Below, in pieces: positions 18,802-28,509 of a stretch of DNA of 64,000 nt. The position numbers were made by a program, and so were the translations under genes. The notes beneath the pieces were generated by a model that was given only the letters and a program-made list of their open reading frames with translations, ran no database searches and was not told where the DNA came from. The stretch comes from Candidatus Uhrbacteria bacterium (GTDB lineage: Bacteria > Patescibacteriota > Patescibacteriia > UBA9934 > GWF2-40-263), in assembly GCA_016206085.1 (NCBI GenBank), contig JACQSF010000009.1, forward strand, positions 9,412 to 73,411, written 5' to 3'. Position 1 is the stretch's first letter; each line of letters opens with the position of its first letter.

Positions 18802-20084
18802 GCACCCTCCTGAGCGTTGATAATGAAACGGACGAACGTGCGCTTGCCGACGCGCACGTCCTGCTGCGTCCCGGGAGCCGGAACGGGATCGGACTGCTTC
18901 ATCACCTGATCCGCACCCGCGGTCACCAGGTGGACGCCGCCGCCGTCGAGCAGTCGGCGCGCGTCGGAGTTGCTCGCGGCCTGCGTGATGCCGAGCGCCC
19001 GCAGGAGGGTGATCCAGGTGGCTGCCTTGCCCGCGGGAACCTGCACGACCGGAAGGTCGGCAGGCACTTCCTTCTCGACGATGCGCCGACGGAAGTCCTC
19101 GTCGGCCGCGTCGGCCGCCGCGAGACCGTTGAGATCCGCGACGACGACTCGCGCGAGTAATCGCTTCGCGTTGCGCGGATGTACAGAGCCGTTCACGATG
19201 GCCGCGGCGAGTTCGTCCCACTGAGCGTCGCGCATGTCTGTGAGCAACTTGAAGTACGACTCCACCTGCGCGTCCGGGATGGACATAATCTTGCCGAACA
19301 TGTCCACCGGGTCGGCGGTGACTGGGATGTAGTTGCCTAGCGACTTCGACATCTTGTGCCCGTCACCCGTGGTGCCTAGCAGAATGTCGGTTGTGATCGC
19401 GGACTCCGGCGATAATCCCTCGTTCTCCATCACACGCTCGGTGGTGTAAAAGTTGAGAAGTTGATCGTCACCGCCGAGCTCGATCTCACTCTTGAGTTCG
19501 ACCGAGTCGATGGCCATGAGGAGCGCGTAGAGCATCTCGGCGACCGTGACGGACTCACGCTTGCGGAAGTCGTCGCGTTGCATCGCCATCGAGACGTTGA
19601 TGCCGCGACACACGGTAAAAAACCGCGCCAGCTTGAACACATCGAGCCACTCGCTGTTGAACCGAACCTCGGTGCGCTTCAGGTCGAGGATCTTCCCCGC
19701 CTGCGCTGCGAAGAGCTCCGCGTTGGCGCGAATCTCGGCGGACGAGAGCACAGGACGGGTCGACACGCGACCGGTCGGATCCCCTACCTGGGCGGTGAAG
19801 TCGCCGATGAGTAGCACAACGTGGTGGCCCATGTTCTGCAGGCGGCGCAGCACGAACAGCGGAACCGCATGGCCGAGATGAATGTCCTTGGCCGTGGCGT
19901 CGATGCCGTACTTCACGCGTAGCCCGCGTCCTTCCTTGCGGGCGATCACGAGGGTTGCGCGTAGACGATCCTCGCCGACGATGTGCTTAGCGCGCTCCTT
20001 AAGCAGCGCGAGCTGTTCGTCCGGCGTCAATCCGGAAAGGTTCGGATGCTCGAGCAACGAGCGTTCCAGTGCCTGAATGTCCAT
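18798..20084 (-). CDS. tyrS: Tyrosine--tRNA ligase (divergent, island-encoded)
   Basis: VKYGIDATAKDIHLGH (HIGH), IGDFTAQVGDPTGR, NSEWL, ELGGDDQ, KMSKS, S4-like C-terminus (VGKR). Confidence 0.9.
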   Translation of the reverse strand: MDIQALERSLLEHPNLSGLTPDEQLALLKERAKHIVGEDRLRATLVIARKEGRGLRVKYGIDATAKDIHLGHAVPLFVLRRLQNMGHHVVLLIGDFTAQVGDPTGRVSTRPVLSSAEIRANAELFAAQAGKILDLKRTEVRFNSEWLDVFKLARFFTVCRGINVSMAMQRDDFRKRESVTVAEMLYALLMAIDSVELKSEIELGGDDQLLNFYTTERVMENEGLSPESAITTDILLGTTGDGHKMSKSLGNYIPVTADPVDMFGKIMSIPDAQVESYFKLLTDMRDAQWDELAAAIVNGSVHPRNAKRLLARVVVADLNGLAAADAADEDFRRRIVEKEVPADLPVVQVPAGKAATWITLLRALGITQAASNSDARRLLDGGGVHLVTAGADQVMKQSDPVPAPGTQQDVRVGKRTFVRFIINAQEGA

Positions 20085-20132
20085 GTTGTTTTTCCTTTTC
20101 ATAAAAAACAAATTGTGAAAGAACGACAAAAA

Positions 20133-20161
20133 ACGCTATCAATTTCCTCAAAAAGTGTCAA
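20133..20161 (-). promoter_or_regulatory. Putative sigma70 promoter of the tyrS-like operon
   Basis: TTGACA-17 nt-TAGCGT with an extended -10 TG. Confidence 0.55.
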
Positions 20162-20249
20162 CAAAGTAAATCGAGACCGCTGAAATATGCTCTCCATACC
20201 TGATTCGGAATGTTCCTCAATTTTTTTCTGATCGGTTGATACGGACATA

Positions 20250-21662
20250 TTATTCTGGCTTCATTGTGCCAACTTCTGGGTACTTGGCAATGAGTTCGAC
20301 AAATTCATTCATAATCTCGTCCATCCGCTCCTGTGTCTTTGCCTCGAACACGAGCACGAGCTTGGGGAGGTTTGACGAGGCCCGGACAAGGCCCCAGCCG
20401 TCATCAAACTCAACGCGCGCCCCATTTACATCTATGACTTTCTCTGAACCGTACTTCTCTTTCACATCCTGTACGAGCTTATCGACAATTCCATACTTCA
20501 CTTCATCCGCACAATGTGCCTCGTAGGTCGGAGACGTGGCATACGTACTCACTTCGTCATGAAGCTCCGCAACTGATTTCTCCTGCGAGGTCACATACTC
20601 AAGGAATTTCATCGAAGCAAACAGACCATCGTCATAGCCAAAATAGTCTCGACGAATAAAAATATGTCCACTCCGTTCACCAGCGACAGGAGCATCCACC
20701 TCTCGGGACTTTGCTTTGATATGCGAGTGCCCTGTTTTCCAGATCACGGGTTTCCCTCCATGAGCGATCACGTCATCCGAAATCGCACGTGTCGCTTTTA
20801 CGTCATATACAATGGAAGCTCCGGGCTCCTTGGCGAGCGCAAGACGTGCAAGAAAGATTAAAATCTTGTCCGGATACATGGTTCGACCACGTTCATCAAC
20901 CACTCCAAGGCGATCCCCATCGGCGTCGTAACCCAATCCACAATCCGCTCCAACCTCCATCACCTTTGCTTCCAATGCTTTTTGAAATCCAACAGAACTG
21001 GGGTTGGGTTCATGGTTTGGAAATGTCGCATCGGGTGTTGTGTTTTGTTCTATAACTTCGCACCCAAACGCTTTGAGCGCCGGAACGTTAATCGGCCCAG
21101 CAGCCCCGTTACCCGTATTCACCACAACTTTCAAAGGTCGATGGAGCGTTGCGCGACTCGTGAGATCTTTGATATATGCCTGAACGATCTCACCCATCGA
21201 CACGTCTTCACAAGACCCCTCACCGCTCAAAAAATCTTCACGCACAATCCGATTATAGAGTTCGTCGAACCCCTGAAGCGTACTGGACTTATCCATTCCA
21301 AGTTTTAGACCAAACCAACCGTTGGGATTGTGCGAGGCCGTACCCATACAAATTCCTTTCACATCTAAGTGGTACTGCGCCCAATAGGCAACCGGGACCG
21401 TCACCTGACCCACATTCTTTACGTGAACTCCCGTAGAAACCAAACCTTCAATGGCTGCCTCCGCCAGTCCTTTCGAGTAAGAACGGTTGTCATACCCGAC
21501 CACACACTGGTTCACACCCACCTCGATCAAGGTCGATCCAAAGGCCTTTGCGATCAATTTTACGGAGGTTTCGTTTAACTCCTCAGGACCAACTTGTCCT
21601 CGAATGTCATACTCCCGAAACATGGTTCGTTTTAGCTCTGGCATATTTTTGACGGATATCAA
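20250..21662 (-). CDS. Phosphomannomutase/phosphoglucomutase
   Basis: FREYDIRG, TASHNP, DADGDR, GERSGH, VRASSN; the start may be 21644 (MPELK). Confidence 0.93.
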   Translation of the reverse strand: MISVKNMPELKRTMFREYDIRGQVGPEELNETSVKLIAKAFGSTLIEVGVNQCVVGYDNRSYSKGLAEAAIEGLVSTGVHVKNVGQVTVPVAYWAQYHLDVKGICMGTASHNPNGWFGLKLGMDKSSTLQGFDELYNRIVREDFLSGEGSCEDVSMGEIVQAYIKDLTSRATLHRPLKVVVNTGNGAAGPINVPALKAFGCEVIEQNTTPDATFPNHEPNPSSVGFQKALEAKVMEVGADCGLGYDADGDRLGVVDERGRTMYPDKILIFLARLALAKEPGASIVYDVKATRAISDDVIAHGGKPVIWKTGHSHIKAKSREVDAPVAGERSGHIFIRRDYFGYDDGLFASMKFLEYVTSQEKSVAELHDEVSTYATSPTYEAHCADEVKYGIVDKLVQDVKEKYGSEKVIDVNGARVEFDDGWGLVRASSNLPKLVLVFEAKTQERMDEIMNEFVELIAKYPEVGTMKPE

Positions 21663-21710
21663 GAAATTTCGTACTATTTTAGAAGAAATCTCATAAAATT
21701 GAAACCATCT

Positions 21711-22262
21711 ATGGAACTCATTTGGATCCTCGTCATTATCCTTATCCTTGTTTCGCTGTGGCTCATTCTAACATACAACGGCCTCATCACCTCCCGAAAC
21801 CGCGTGGATGAATCTTGGTCGGATATTGAGGTTCAACTCAAGCGCCGCTATGACCTCATCCCCAACATCGTAAACACGGTGAAAGGCTATGCCAAGCATG
21901 AAGATTCCGTGTTCACAAAAGTCACGGAAGCGCGCACAGCCGCCATGGGAGCTAAGACCATGCAGGAACATGCCAAGGCGGAAAATATGTTGAGCGAGAC
22001 GCTCAAGTCGCTCTTTGCCGTCTCCGAGGCCTATCCTGCGCTCCAAGCCTCAACGAACTTCCTTCAGCTCCAGCACGAGCTTACCGATGCCGAAGACAAA
22101 ATCATGGCATCCCGACGTTTTTACAACGCCAACGTCCGCGACTTCAACACCAAGCTCCAGGTCTTCCCAACCAATCTCATCGCTGGAATGTTCGGTTTCG
22201 TGAAACGCGAATTCTTTGACGCCCCCGACGTTGCTCTTGAAGCCCCACAAGTCACCTTCTAA
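21711..22262 (+). CDS. lemA: LemA family protein
   Basis: TM then YNGL...WSDIEVQLKRRYDLIPN...EAYPAL...RRFYN. Confidence 0.95.
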   Translation: MELIWILVIILILVSLWLILTYNGLITSRNRVDESWSDIEVQLKRRYDLIPNIVNTVKGYAKHEDSVFTKVTEARTAAMGAKTMQEHAKAENMLSETLKSLFAVSEAYPALQASTNFLQLQHELTDAEDKIMASRRFYNANVRDFNTKLQVFPTNLIAGMFGFVKREFFDAPDVALEAPQVTF

Positions 22263-22268
22263 TTGACT

Positions 22269-23150
22269 ATGTATTCCCAGATCACGGCGAACAAGCACAA
22301 GACATGGTTTCTGATCGTGATCTTTACGATCGTCATCGTGGGCTTAGGTTGGACACTTGGGGAATACACCAACACTGGAAACATCGGGCTCATCGTGGCT
22401 GTGATGTTCGCCACCGGCATGAACCTCATCGGCTACTTCCATGGCGACAAAGTTGCGTTGGCGACTTCCGGAGCGAAATCGATCCAGAAGGTCGACAATC
22501 CGCGGCTGTATCGCATGGTCGAAAACCTTGTGATCACCGCTGGCATGCAGACCCCAAAGATTTATCTCATCAATGACCCCGCGGGAAACGCCTTTGCGAC
22601 CGGTCGTGATCCGGAGCATGCATCGATCGCGGTGACGACGGGTCTCATGGATATGCTGGACGACCAAGAATTGCAGGGCGTGCTTTCCCATGAGCTCTCT
22701 CACATCAAGAACTACGACATTCGCGTGATGACGATCGTCATCGTGTTGGTCGGCGTGATCCTGCTTCTCTCCGACATGCTGATGCGATCGATGTTCTGGG
22801 GTGGCCGTGATAGCGACAACAAAGGCGGCGGCATTCTACTCCTCATCGGTCTCGTGCTCGCGATCCTTTCTCCCCTCTTTGCTGAGCTCATCAAACTCGC
22901 GGTCTCACGTTCTCGTGAATACCTCGCGGACGCCGACGGAGCGCTTCTCACTCGCTATCCAGAAGGACTGGCTCGTGCGCTTGAAAAAATCGCAGGCCAG
23001 GACAGACCCCTCAAGCGCGCGAACCATGCGACCGCGCATTTGTTCCTTGCCAACCCGTTTGACCCGCACGTGACCAAAAAATTTGAACACCTATTCAGCA
23101 CACACCCACCGATTGAGGAACGCATCAAAAAACTCAGAAACATGCTATGA
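22269..23150 (+). CDS. htpX: Zinc metalloprotease HtpX (M48)
   Basis: NAFATG, HELSHIKNYD, SRSREYLAD, FSTHPP. Confidence 0.93.
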   Translation: MYSQITANKHKTWFLIVIFTIVIVGLGWTLGEYTNTGNIGLIVAVMFATGMNLIGYFHGDKVALATSGAKSIQKVDNPRLYRMVENLVITAGMQTPKIYLINDPAGNAFATGRDPEHASIAVTTGLMDMLDDQELQGVLSHELSHIKNYDIRVMTIVIVLVGVILLLSDMLMRSMFWGGRDSDNKGGGILLLIGLVLAILSPLFAELIKLAVSRSREYLADADGALLTRYPEGLARALEKIAGQDRPLKRANHATAHLFLANPFDPHVTKKFEHLFSTHPPIEERIKKLRNML

Positions 23151-25630
23151 GCCACGACATCGTCGATAAATTTTCTACACACCTCAAAAATGTCCTCACA
23201 CGGGCGCTGTGCTTTGTTGTTGAACAAGACCAAAAGACCATCCAGCCTGAGCACCTCTTGTGGGCTTTGGGGACACAAAAAGGCTGTATCGCTGCCGAAA
23301 TCCTGAAAAAAAATGGCGTGAAAGCAATGGATCTAAAAAAATTGGCCGGCACGGGACAGACCACACGAGTCCTGTGCGACGCATCTGGCCTCACGCTTCA
23401 TTTGTCTAATGATGCCAAACGCATTGTTGAAAAAGCCGTACTCACAGCCAACGTCTATGGCCACCGTTACATTGGCACCGAACACCTCTTATCAGGACTC
23501 ATCCAAATCAATCCCAGGGTGACCGAATCGTTCTTTACTGAAATACAACTGGATCTCAAAGAACTGAAGTCCCAACTTGCCGTTGTGCTCAAGAGTACTT
23601 CCAAATTTCCAAATCTCACCGGCACAAGTACCGTAGAATCTCTTTCGACCGTACAAGCCCAACCTCAAAAGCCGGAAGGACAAATCAACGAAGAAAAAAA
23701 AGTTTCCGCACTTGAATATTTTGCGATGGAACTCACGAGTCTTGAATCACAGAAAAAAATTGACCCGGTCATCGGTCGCGAAACAGAAATCGAGCGCATT
23801 ATGGAAGTTCTCTGTCGACGCACAAAGAATAATCCCTTGCTCCTGGGCGAACCGGGCGTAGGAAAGACGGCGATCGTGGAAGGCCTTGCCAAGCAGATTA
23901 CCCAAGGACGCGTTCCACCGGTGCTTGCGAACAAGCGCATTTTTTCCATCGACATGGCGCTTCTCATTGCGGGAACGATGTATCGAGGAGAGTTCGAGGG
24001 GCGTTTGCGACAGATCGTGGATGAAGTAAGGAACAACCCCGAAATCATTCTCTTCATCGATGAGATTCATTCGATCGTCGGCGCCGGAGCCGCATCTGGT
24101 TCCATGGATGCAGCACATATTTTGAAACCTGCTCTTGCCCGTGGCGAGATCCGCTGCATCGGGGCAACAACCCCAGGAGAATTTAAAAAACACATTGAAA
24201 CTGACGCGGCTCTTGAGCGTCGCTTCCAAACGATTCTCGTCGACGAGCCCTCTCAAGAAAAAACCGTTGAAATTCTTGAAGGAATCGCCCCCTACTACGA
24301 ACAGTTCCACCGCGTACGAATCAGTCATGACGCCCTGACACAAGCGGTAGCGCTTTCCAGTCGCTACCTCCAGGATCGTCAACTTCCGGATAAGGCGATT
24401 GACTTGATTGACGAAGCCGCCGCCTCCGTGCGTGTTCATACTCTCACACCTGGTCCCATTGAACGCGAACGTGAACTGCAAGATACACTCGTAGCCCTCA
24501 AAGAAACCAAGCGTCAAGCGGTGATCGAAGAACGGTTTGATGAAGCTATGCGTCTCAAAGAAGAAGAGGAACGACTTTCCGTGCACCTTCATGTCATGAC
24601 CAATCAAGAGGATCTCTCTCCCATCCCCGCGATTACCACGCAAGATATCGCCCGCGTCGTCTCACGTACCACTGGCATTCCGTTTGAGGATCTTGTGGCA
24701 TCAGACAAGAGTCAACTCTTAAAACTGGAGGAACAGCTGCGTACGAACATCCTTGGCCAAGACCGTGTCATCGACACCGTTGCCGGTGCACTGCGACGTG
24801 CAAAAACCGGTATTGCCCATCCGAACCGACCGCTTGCGTCCCTGCTGTTCCTTGGTCCGTCGGGCGTGGGCAAGACGGAACTCGCTAAAACGATTGCTCA
24901 AATCCTCTTCCACACCAAACAGCATTTCATTCGATTGGACATGAGCGAGTACGCCGAAGGGTTCACCATGTCAAAACTCATCGGAGCGCCGGCGGGATAT
25001 GTCGGGTACAAGGAAGGCGCGAACCTCACCGACCGCGTGAAGCAACGACCGTACTGCGTCGTCCTCTTTGATGAAATAGAAAAAGCACACCGAGATGTGC
25101 AGAATTTGCTTTTACAAATTCTTGAGGAAGGAGAACTCACGGATGCGACGGGGCGCACCATCAACTTCAAAAACGCCATTATCGTTCTCACGTCCAATGT
25201 CGGGCTTGAGCGATTTGAGCGTGGAGATATGGGGTTCCTGGGCTCACAGATCGATCGAACAATCGCGATGAACCAAGATCTCCGAAAAGAACTCGAGGAT
25301 CGTTTCCGCCCTGAACTGCTTAATCGCCTGGATCACACTTGTATCTTCCAACCACTCGAAGAAACTATTCTCGAGCGCATCGTTGAGAAACAACTTGGCG
25401 AGCTTGTGGAACGCATGCAGACACAGGGACTCACTCTGAACCTTCATAAAAACCTCACGAGCCACATTAGTGCAAAACTTGAACCAAAGTTCGGCGCTCG
25501 TCATGTGCGTACGGTCATCCAGAATGAAATCGAACACAAAATCGCGGAACGCCTCAGTAAAAAAGATCAACCCACATCGCTCACCGTCTCTCTCAAAGGC
25601 AAAGCCGTGTGCGTGACAAAAGGACGCTAG
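23147..25630 (+). CDS. clpC: ATP-dependent Clp protease ATP-binding subunit (ClpC/ClpA-type)
   Basis: Clp N repeats, two AAA+ modules ([14 protein letters not shown]; [17 protein letters not shown]), UVR-like linker. Confidence 0.88.
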   Translation: MSHDIVDKFSTHLKNVLTRALCFVVEQDQKTIQPEHLLWALGTQKGCIAAEILKKNGVKAMDLKKLAGTGQTTRVLCDASGLTLHLSNDAKRIVEKAVLTANVYGHRYIGTEHLLSGLIQINPRVTESFFTEIQLDLKELKSQLAVVLKSTSKFPNLTGTSTVESLSTVQAQPQKPEGQINEEKKVSALEYFAMELTSLESQKKIDPVIGRETEIERIMEVLCRRTKNNPLLLGEPGVGKTAIVEGLAKQITQGRVPPVLANKRIFSIDMALLIAGTMYRGEFEGRLRQIVDEVRNNPEIILFIDEIHSIVGAGAASGSMDAAHILKPALARGEIRCIGATTPGEFKKHIETDAALERRFQTILVDEPSQEKTVEILEGIAPYYEQFHRVRISHDALTQAVALSSRYLQDRQLPDKAIDLIDEAAASVRVHTLTPGPIERERELQDTLVALKETKRQAVIEERFDEAMRLKEEEERLSVHLHVMTNQEDLSPIPAITTQDIARVVSRTTGIPFEDLVASDKSQLLKLEEQLRTNILGQDRVIDTVAGALRRAKTGIAHPNRPLASLLFLGPSGVGKTELAKTIAQILFHTKQHFIRLDMSEYAEGFTMSKLIGAPAGYVGYKEGANLTDRVKQRPYCVVLFDEIEKAHRDVQNLLLQILEEGELTDATGRTINFKNAIIVLTSNVGLERFERGDMGFLGSQIDRTIAMNQDLRKELEDRFRPELLNRLDHTCIFQPLEETILERIVEKQLGELVERMQTQGLTLNLHKNLTSHISAKLEPKFGARHVRTVIQNEIEHKIAERLSKKDQPTSLTVSLKGKAVCVTKGR

Positions 25631-25636
25631 TCCCCT

Positions 25637-26476
25637 ATGGCCACTCCGGAGGAACAAAAATCAACACTCCTCGCCAATCGACGTCTTCCGTCGACCTCCT
25701 TTGCCCCCCCAAAAACTCCCCCTATCAGGGGCGACATAGAGTCGAGTCGCCGATCAGCATTTGTTTCAAATCGTCTGCAAGCGTTCGCCTTGTCCTCCGC
25801 TCCTGCATTTCAAACATCGCCCACAACTCAACAAACCGAGGATGAATCCTTTGCACAGACGCAACAGGCTGTTCAAGAGGAACACCTTGAGGAAGTTCAA
25901 CAAGCACAAAAGACTCAGCTTCTCGCCAGTATTCAGGGGGCTCTTATCGCTCAAACAGCACAACAAACGCAAGCAAAAAAATCTGAACAAGCAAATGCAC
26001 AGACCATCCAACAGCGCCAGGAGATAAAACAGACAGCAAAAGCCGCGATGAAACGTGGAGCTATTTTTGTCACGGATTCCATCGCCGCCGCATTTGATCT
26101 GGGGTCTAGCGGACTTTCCCTCATCATCGACATCTTTATTTATCTGTTCACGTTGGGATGGTTGAACCTCGAGATGATTTATGGAAAATACTTTGCAAAA
26201 GGAAAAAGCAAATTCATTGGCCCCATTTCTTGGGATCCGATTCCGATGCCACTGGATAAAGACGCGATCATCCTTTCAGGATTTGTGGTTGCCGCAGACA
26301 TTGCTCTTTGTGTTGTCGGAGTCATCCTCGCCTTCACCGGATTTTGTTTCCTTCATGATATGGTCAAAATCACCAATTCTGTGACAGGAGCGTTCGCCAT
26401 TGGCGCCTCCCTTGCCCAGGGGGACACAGCGGGATTGTGTTTGGGTGGTATACTTACTTCAGCTTTCGGTTTGTAA
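25637..26476 (+). CDS. Hypothetical membrane protein
   Basis: 279-aa ORF with a Gln-rich coiled coil followed by TM segments, in operon context. Confidence 0.65.
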   Translation: MATPEEQKSTLLANRRLPSTSFAPPKTPPIRGDIESSRRSAFVSNRLQAFALSSAPAFQTSPTTQQTEDESFAQTQQAVQEEHLEEVQQAQKTQLLASIQGALIAQTAQQTQAKKSEQANAQTIQQRQEIKQTAKAAMKRGAIFVTDSIAAAFDLGSSGLSLIIDIFIYLFTLGWLNLEMIYGKYFAKGKSKFIGPISWDPIPMPLDKDAIILSGFVVAADIALCVVGVILAFTGFCFLHDMVKITNSVTGAFAIGASLAQGDTAGLCLGGILTSAFGL

Positions 26477-26478
26477 CA

Positions 26479-26608
26479 GAGACCTCTGCAAAAGTCGCGA
26501 TCTTGCGGCTTACGGGCACCCGCCGACCCCACTCTCCCTATGTGGCATAGGGTTCGTGGGGCTCGGCAGCCCGTGCACCACAATCTCATCGACTTTTGCA
26601 GAGGTCCC
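26479..26608. mobile_element. 130-bp MITE with IS5-like TIRs and a 4-bp TSD (AACA)
   Basis: TIRs GAGACCTCTGCAAAAGTCG / CGACTTTTGCAGAGGTCCC; AACA at 26475-26478 and 26609-26612; largely self-complementary interior. Confidence 0.85.
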
Positions 26609-26619
26609 AACAATCTTCT

Positions 26620-27846
26620 ATGTCCGAGCGTACAAAAAAACTTTTACTCGTTGGCGGATTTATCCTATCCGTATTTGTCATCGCGTTTCTTCTCTACCGA
26701 CTTTTCTTTCAAGCCGCTCCTCCTGAACCGACCGTAGAAGACCAAGTCGAAATTTCAACAGGAATCCTTCCCAGTGCCATCGAGGCAGACCTTCGAGCTC
26801 GCCAGGAAGCGCAACGTGAAGCAGCATCAGGGCGACTTGAAGGGTCAGATGACGTTGCGCGTGGAGGCATCACACAAACAACAGAACTCACAACCGGAGC
26901 GGTCTATCACGTTGTGATCGGGGCTGATGGAACATCGATGAATTACTACAACGCGTCGGACGGTCGGTTCTACACCATCGACAAAGACGGGAATGTCGTT
27001 GCGCTGTCTGATACGCAATTCCCTGATGCAGAAACGGTTGCATGGAACAAAGACTCCAACAAGGCGCTCGTCGAGTTTCCTGATGGTTCAAATATTATTT
27101 ACAACTTTGATACCCAGAAACAGGTGACCCTTCCTGCTCACTGGAAGGATTTTGACTTCTCTCCTGTCTCTGACGAAGTTATCGCAAAATCGATCGCCCT
27201 GGATCCAAACAATCGCTGGCTTGTCGTGACAAGTGACGATGGATCCAAAACAACAAGCATCCAAGCGCTGGGTGAACATGAAGATTCCGTGCAAGTCAAC
27301 TGGTCTCCTAATAACCAAGTCGTTGCTTTCGCTGATACCTCAGATGCCATCCAAGGAGGCGTGGATCGAAATGTCATCTATCCCGTTGGAAAGAATAAAG
27401 AAAATTTCAAAGGATTGGTGGTGGAGGGACTTGGATTTGATTCCCTCTGGTCTCCCAACGGAAAACAATTGCTGTACTCGGTCGCGGGAAGCTACAGCAG
27501 TAACAAGCCGCTCTTATGGATTGTTGATGCGACGTCCGCCACCATGGGAGACAATCGACAGTCCTTGGGGCTGTATACGTGGGTCGATAAATGCACCTGG
27601 AGCTCTGCCTCCGTTGTGTACTGTGCCGTTCCACTTGAACTTCCGGCAAACGCGGGACTCCAACGATCCCTCTACGAAAATGAACCTGACGCCTTGTACA
27701 AACTCAATCTATCGACGGGAACTTCCACCCTCATCGCCATCCCCACAGAAGAAACGTCCATGAACAATCTCCAGGTTTCAGACGATGAATCCGTGATCTA
27801 CTTCACCAACACCTCCGGTCAGCTTGAACTCATGCGACTCAAATAA
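26620..27846 (+). CDS. Membrane-anchored beta-propeller (WD40/TolB-like) protein
   Basis: N-terminal TM; repeated WSP/FSP motifs (WSPNNQ, WSPNGK, FSPVSD). Confidence 0.75.
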   Translation: MSERTKKLLLVGGFILSVFVIAFLLYRLFFQAAPPEPTVEDQVEISTGILPSAIEADLRARQEAQREAASGRLEGSDDVARGGITQTTELTTGAVYHVVIGADGTSMNYYNASDGRFYTIDKDGNVVALSDTQFPDAETVAWNKDSNKALVEFPDGSNIIYNFDTQKQVTLPAHWKDFDFSPVSDEVIAKSIALDPNNRWLVVTSDDGSKTTSIQALGEHEDSVQVNWSPNNQVVAFADTSDAIQGGVDRNVIYPVGKNKENFKGLVVEGLGFDSLWSPNGKQLLYSVAGSYSSNKPLLWIVDATSATMGDNRQSLGLYTWVDKCTWSSASVVYCAVPLELPANAGLQRSLYENEPDALYKLNLSTGTSTLIAIPTEETSMNNLQVSDDESVIYFTNTSGQLELMRLK

Positions 27847-27848
27847 GT

Positions 27849-28505
27849 ATGGAACACCGATGGTTAGGATTTTTGTCGATTGGCGCGTTGGGTCTGATGG
27901 TCTTTGTCTTTTTTTGGTATCGAAATCAGCCCGTGGAAATCACCATTCCTGAATCAACAGTCGAGGTCGGCTCCATCACCCAACCGACAGTTACGTTTGT
28001 GAACCCAGCAAAGGGCGCGGAAGAACCTACCGTCACGATTGTAGAGTTTGGAGATTTTGAGTGCGAACCGTGTCAAACACTCGCCAGCTCGTTAGAGGTC
28101 TTAGTCAAGACCTTTCCCGATGATGTACAGGTCGTCTGGAAGGACATGCCAAACGAATCCATTCATGAGCTTGCAACACCGGCGGCGATTGCAGCGCATT
28201 GCGCGGATCGACAAGGAGCTTTCTGGACCTATCATGACGCCTTGTTTGATCGCCAAGCCTATTTGAACGAATCTCAATTTACGCAGATCGCCCAAGATCT
28301 CCAGTTGGATGTAGAAAAATTTCAGAGTTGCTACGACGAGCGGGACACACTCCCGATTGTGAAAAAAGACTACGAGGAAGGTCTGGCTCTGGGGATCACA
28401 TCAACACCAACCTTATTTATCGGCGATCAAACGCTTGTCGGAGCCGTGACGACGCAGGATCTCACGACACTGGTAACCGAATTACTACAGGACTCATCTA
28501 AATAG
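27849..28505 (+). CDS. DsbA-family thioredoxin-fold oxidoreductase
   Basis: EFGDFECEPC (CxxC), GITSTPTLFIG cis-Pro loop, N-terminal TM. Confidence 0.9.
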   Translation: MEHRWLGFLSIGALGLMVFVFFWYRNQPVEITIPESTVEVGSITQPTVTFVNPAKGAEEPTVTIVEFGDFECEPCQTLASSLEVLVKTFPDDVQVVWKDMPNESIHELATPAAIAAHCADRQGAFWTYHDALFDRQAYLNESQFTQIAQDLQLDVEKFQSCYDERDTLPIVKKDYEEGLALGITSTPTLFIGDQTLVGAVTTQDLTTLVTELLQDSSK

Positions 28506-28509
28506 ACGT

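Larger units (their letters stand above)
11470..20200. mobile_element. GC-rich genomic island (putative biosynthetic cluster with IS remnants); boundaries approximate
   Basis: Abrupt rise in GC and G/C-ending codons, judged by eye, between rseP and PMM; divergent housekeeping-family genes; transposase fragments; no integrase seen. Confidence 0.7.

Noticed and set aside
18802-19221. 140-aa N-terminal extension of the GCS2 ORF in the ORF track
   Set aside because: It overlaps tyrS in another frame and is Arg-rich shadow sequence; the true start is the ATGA overlap at 18801
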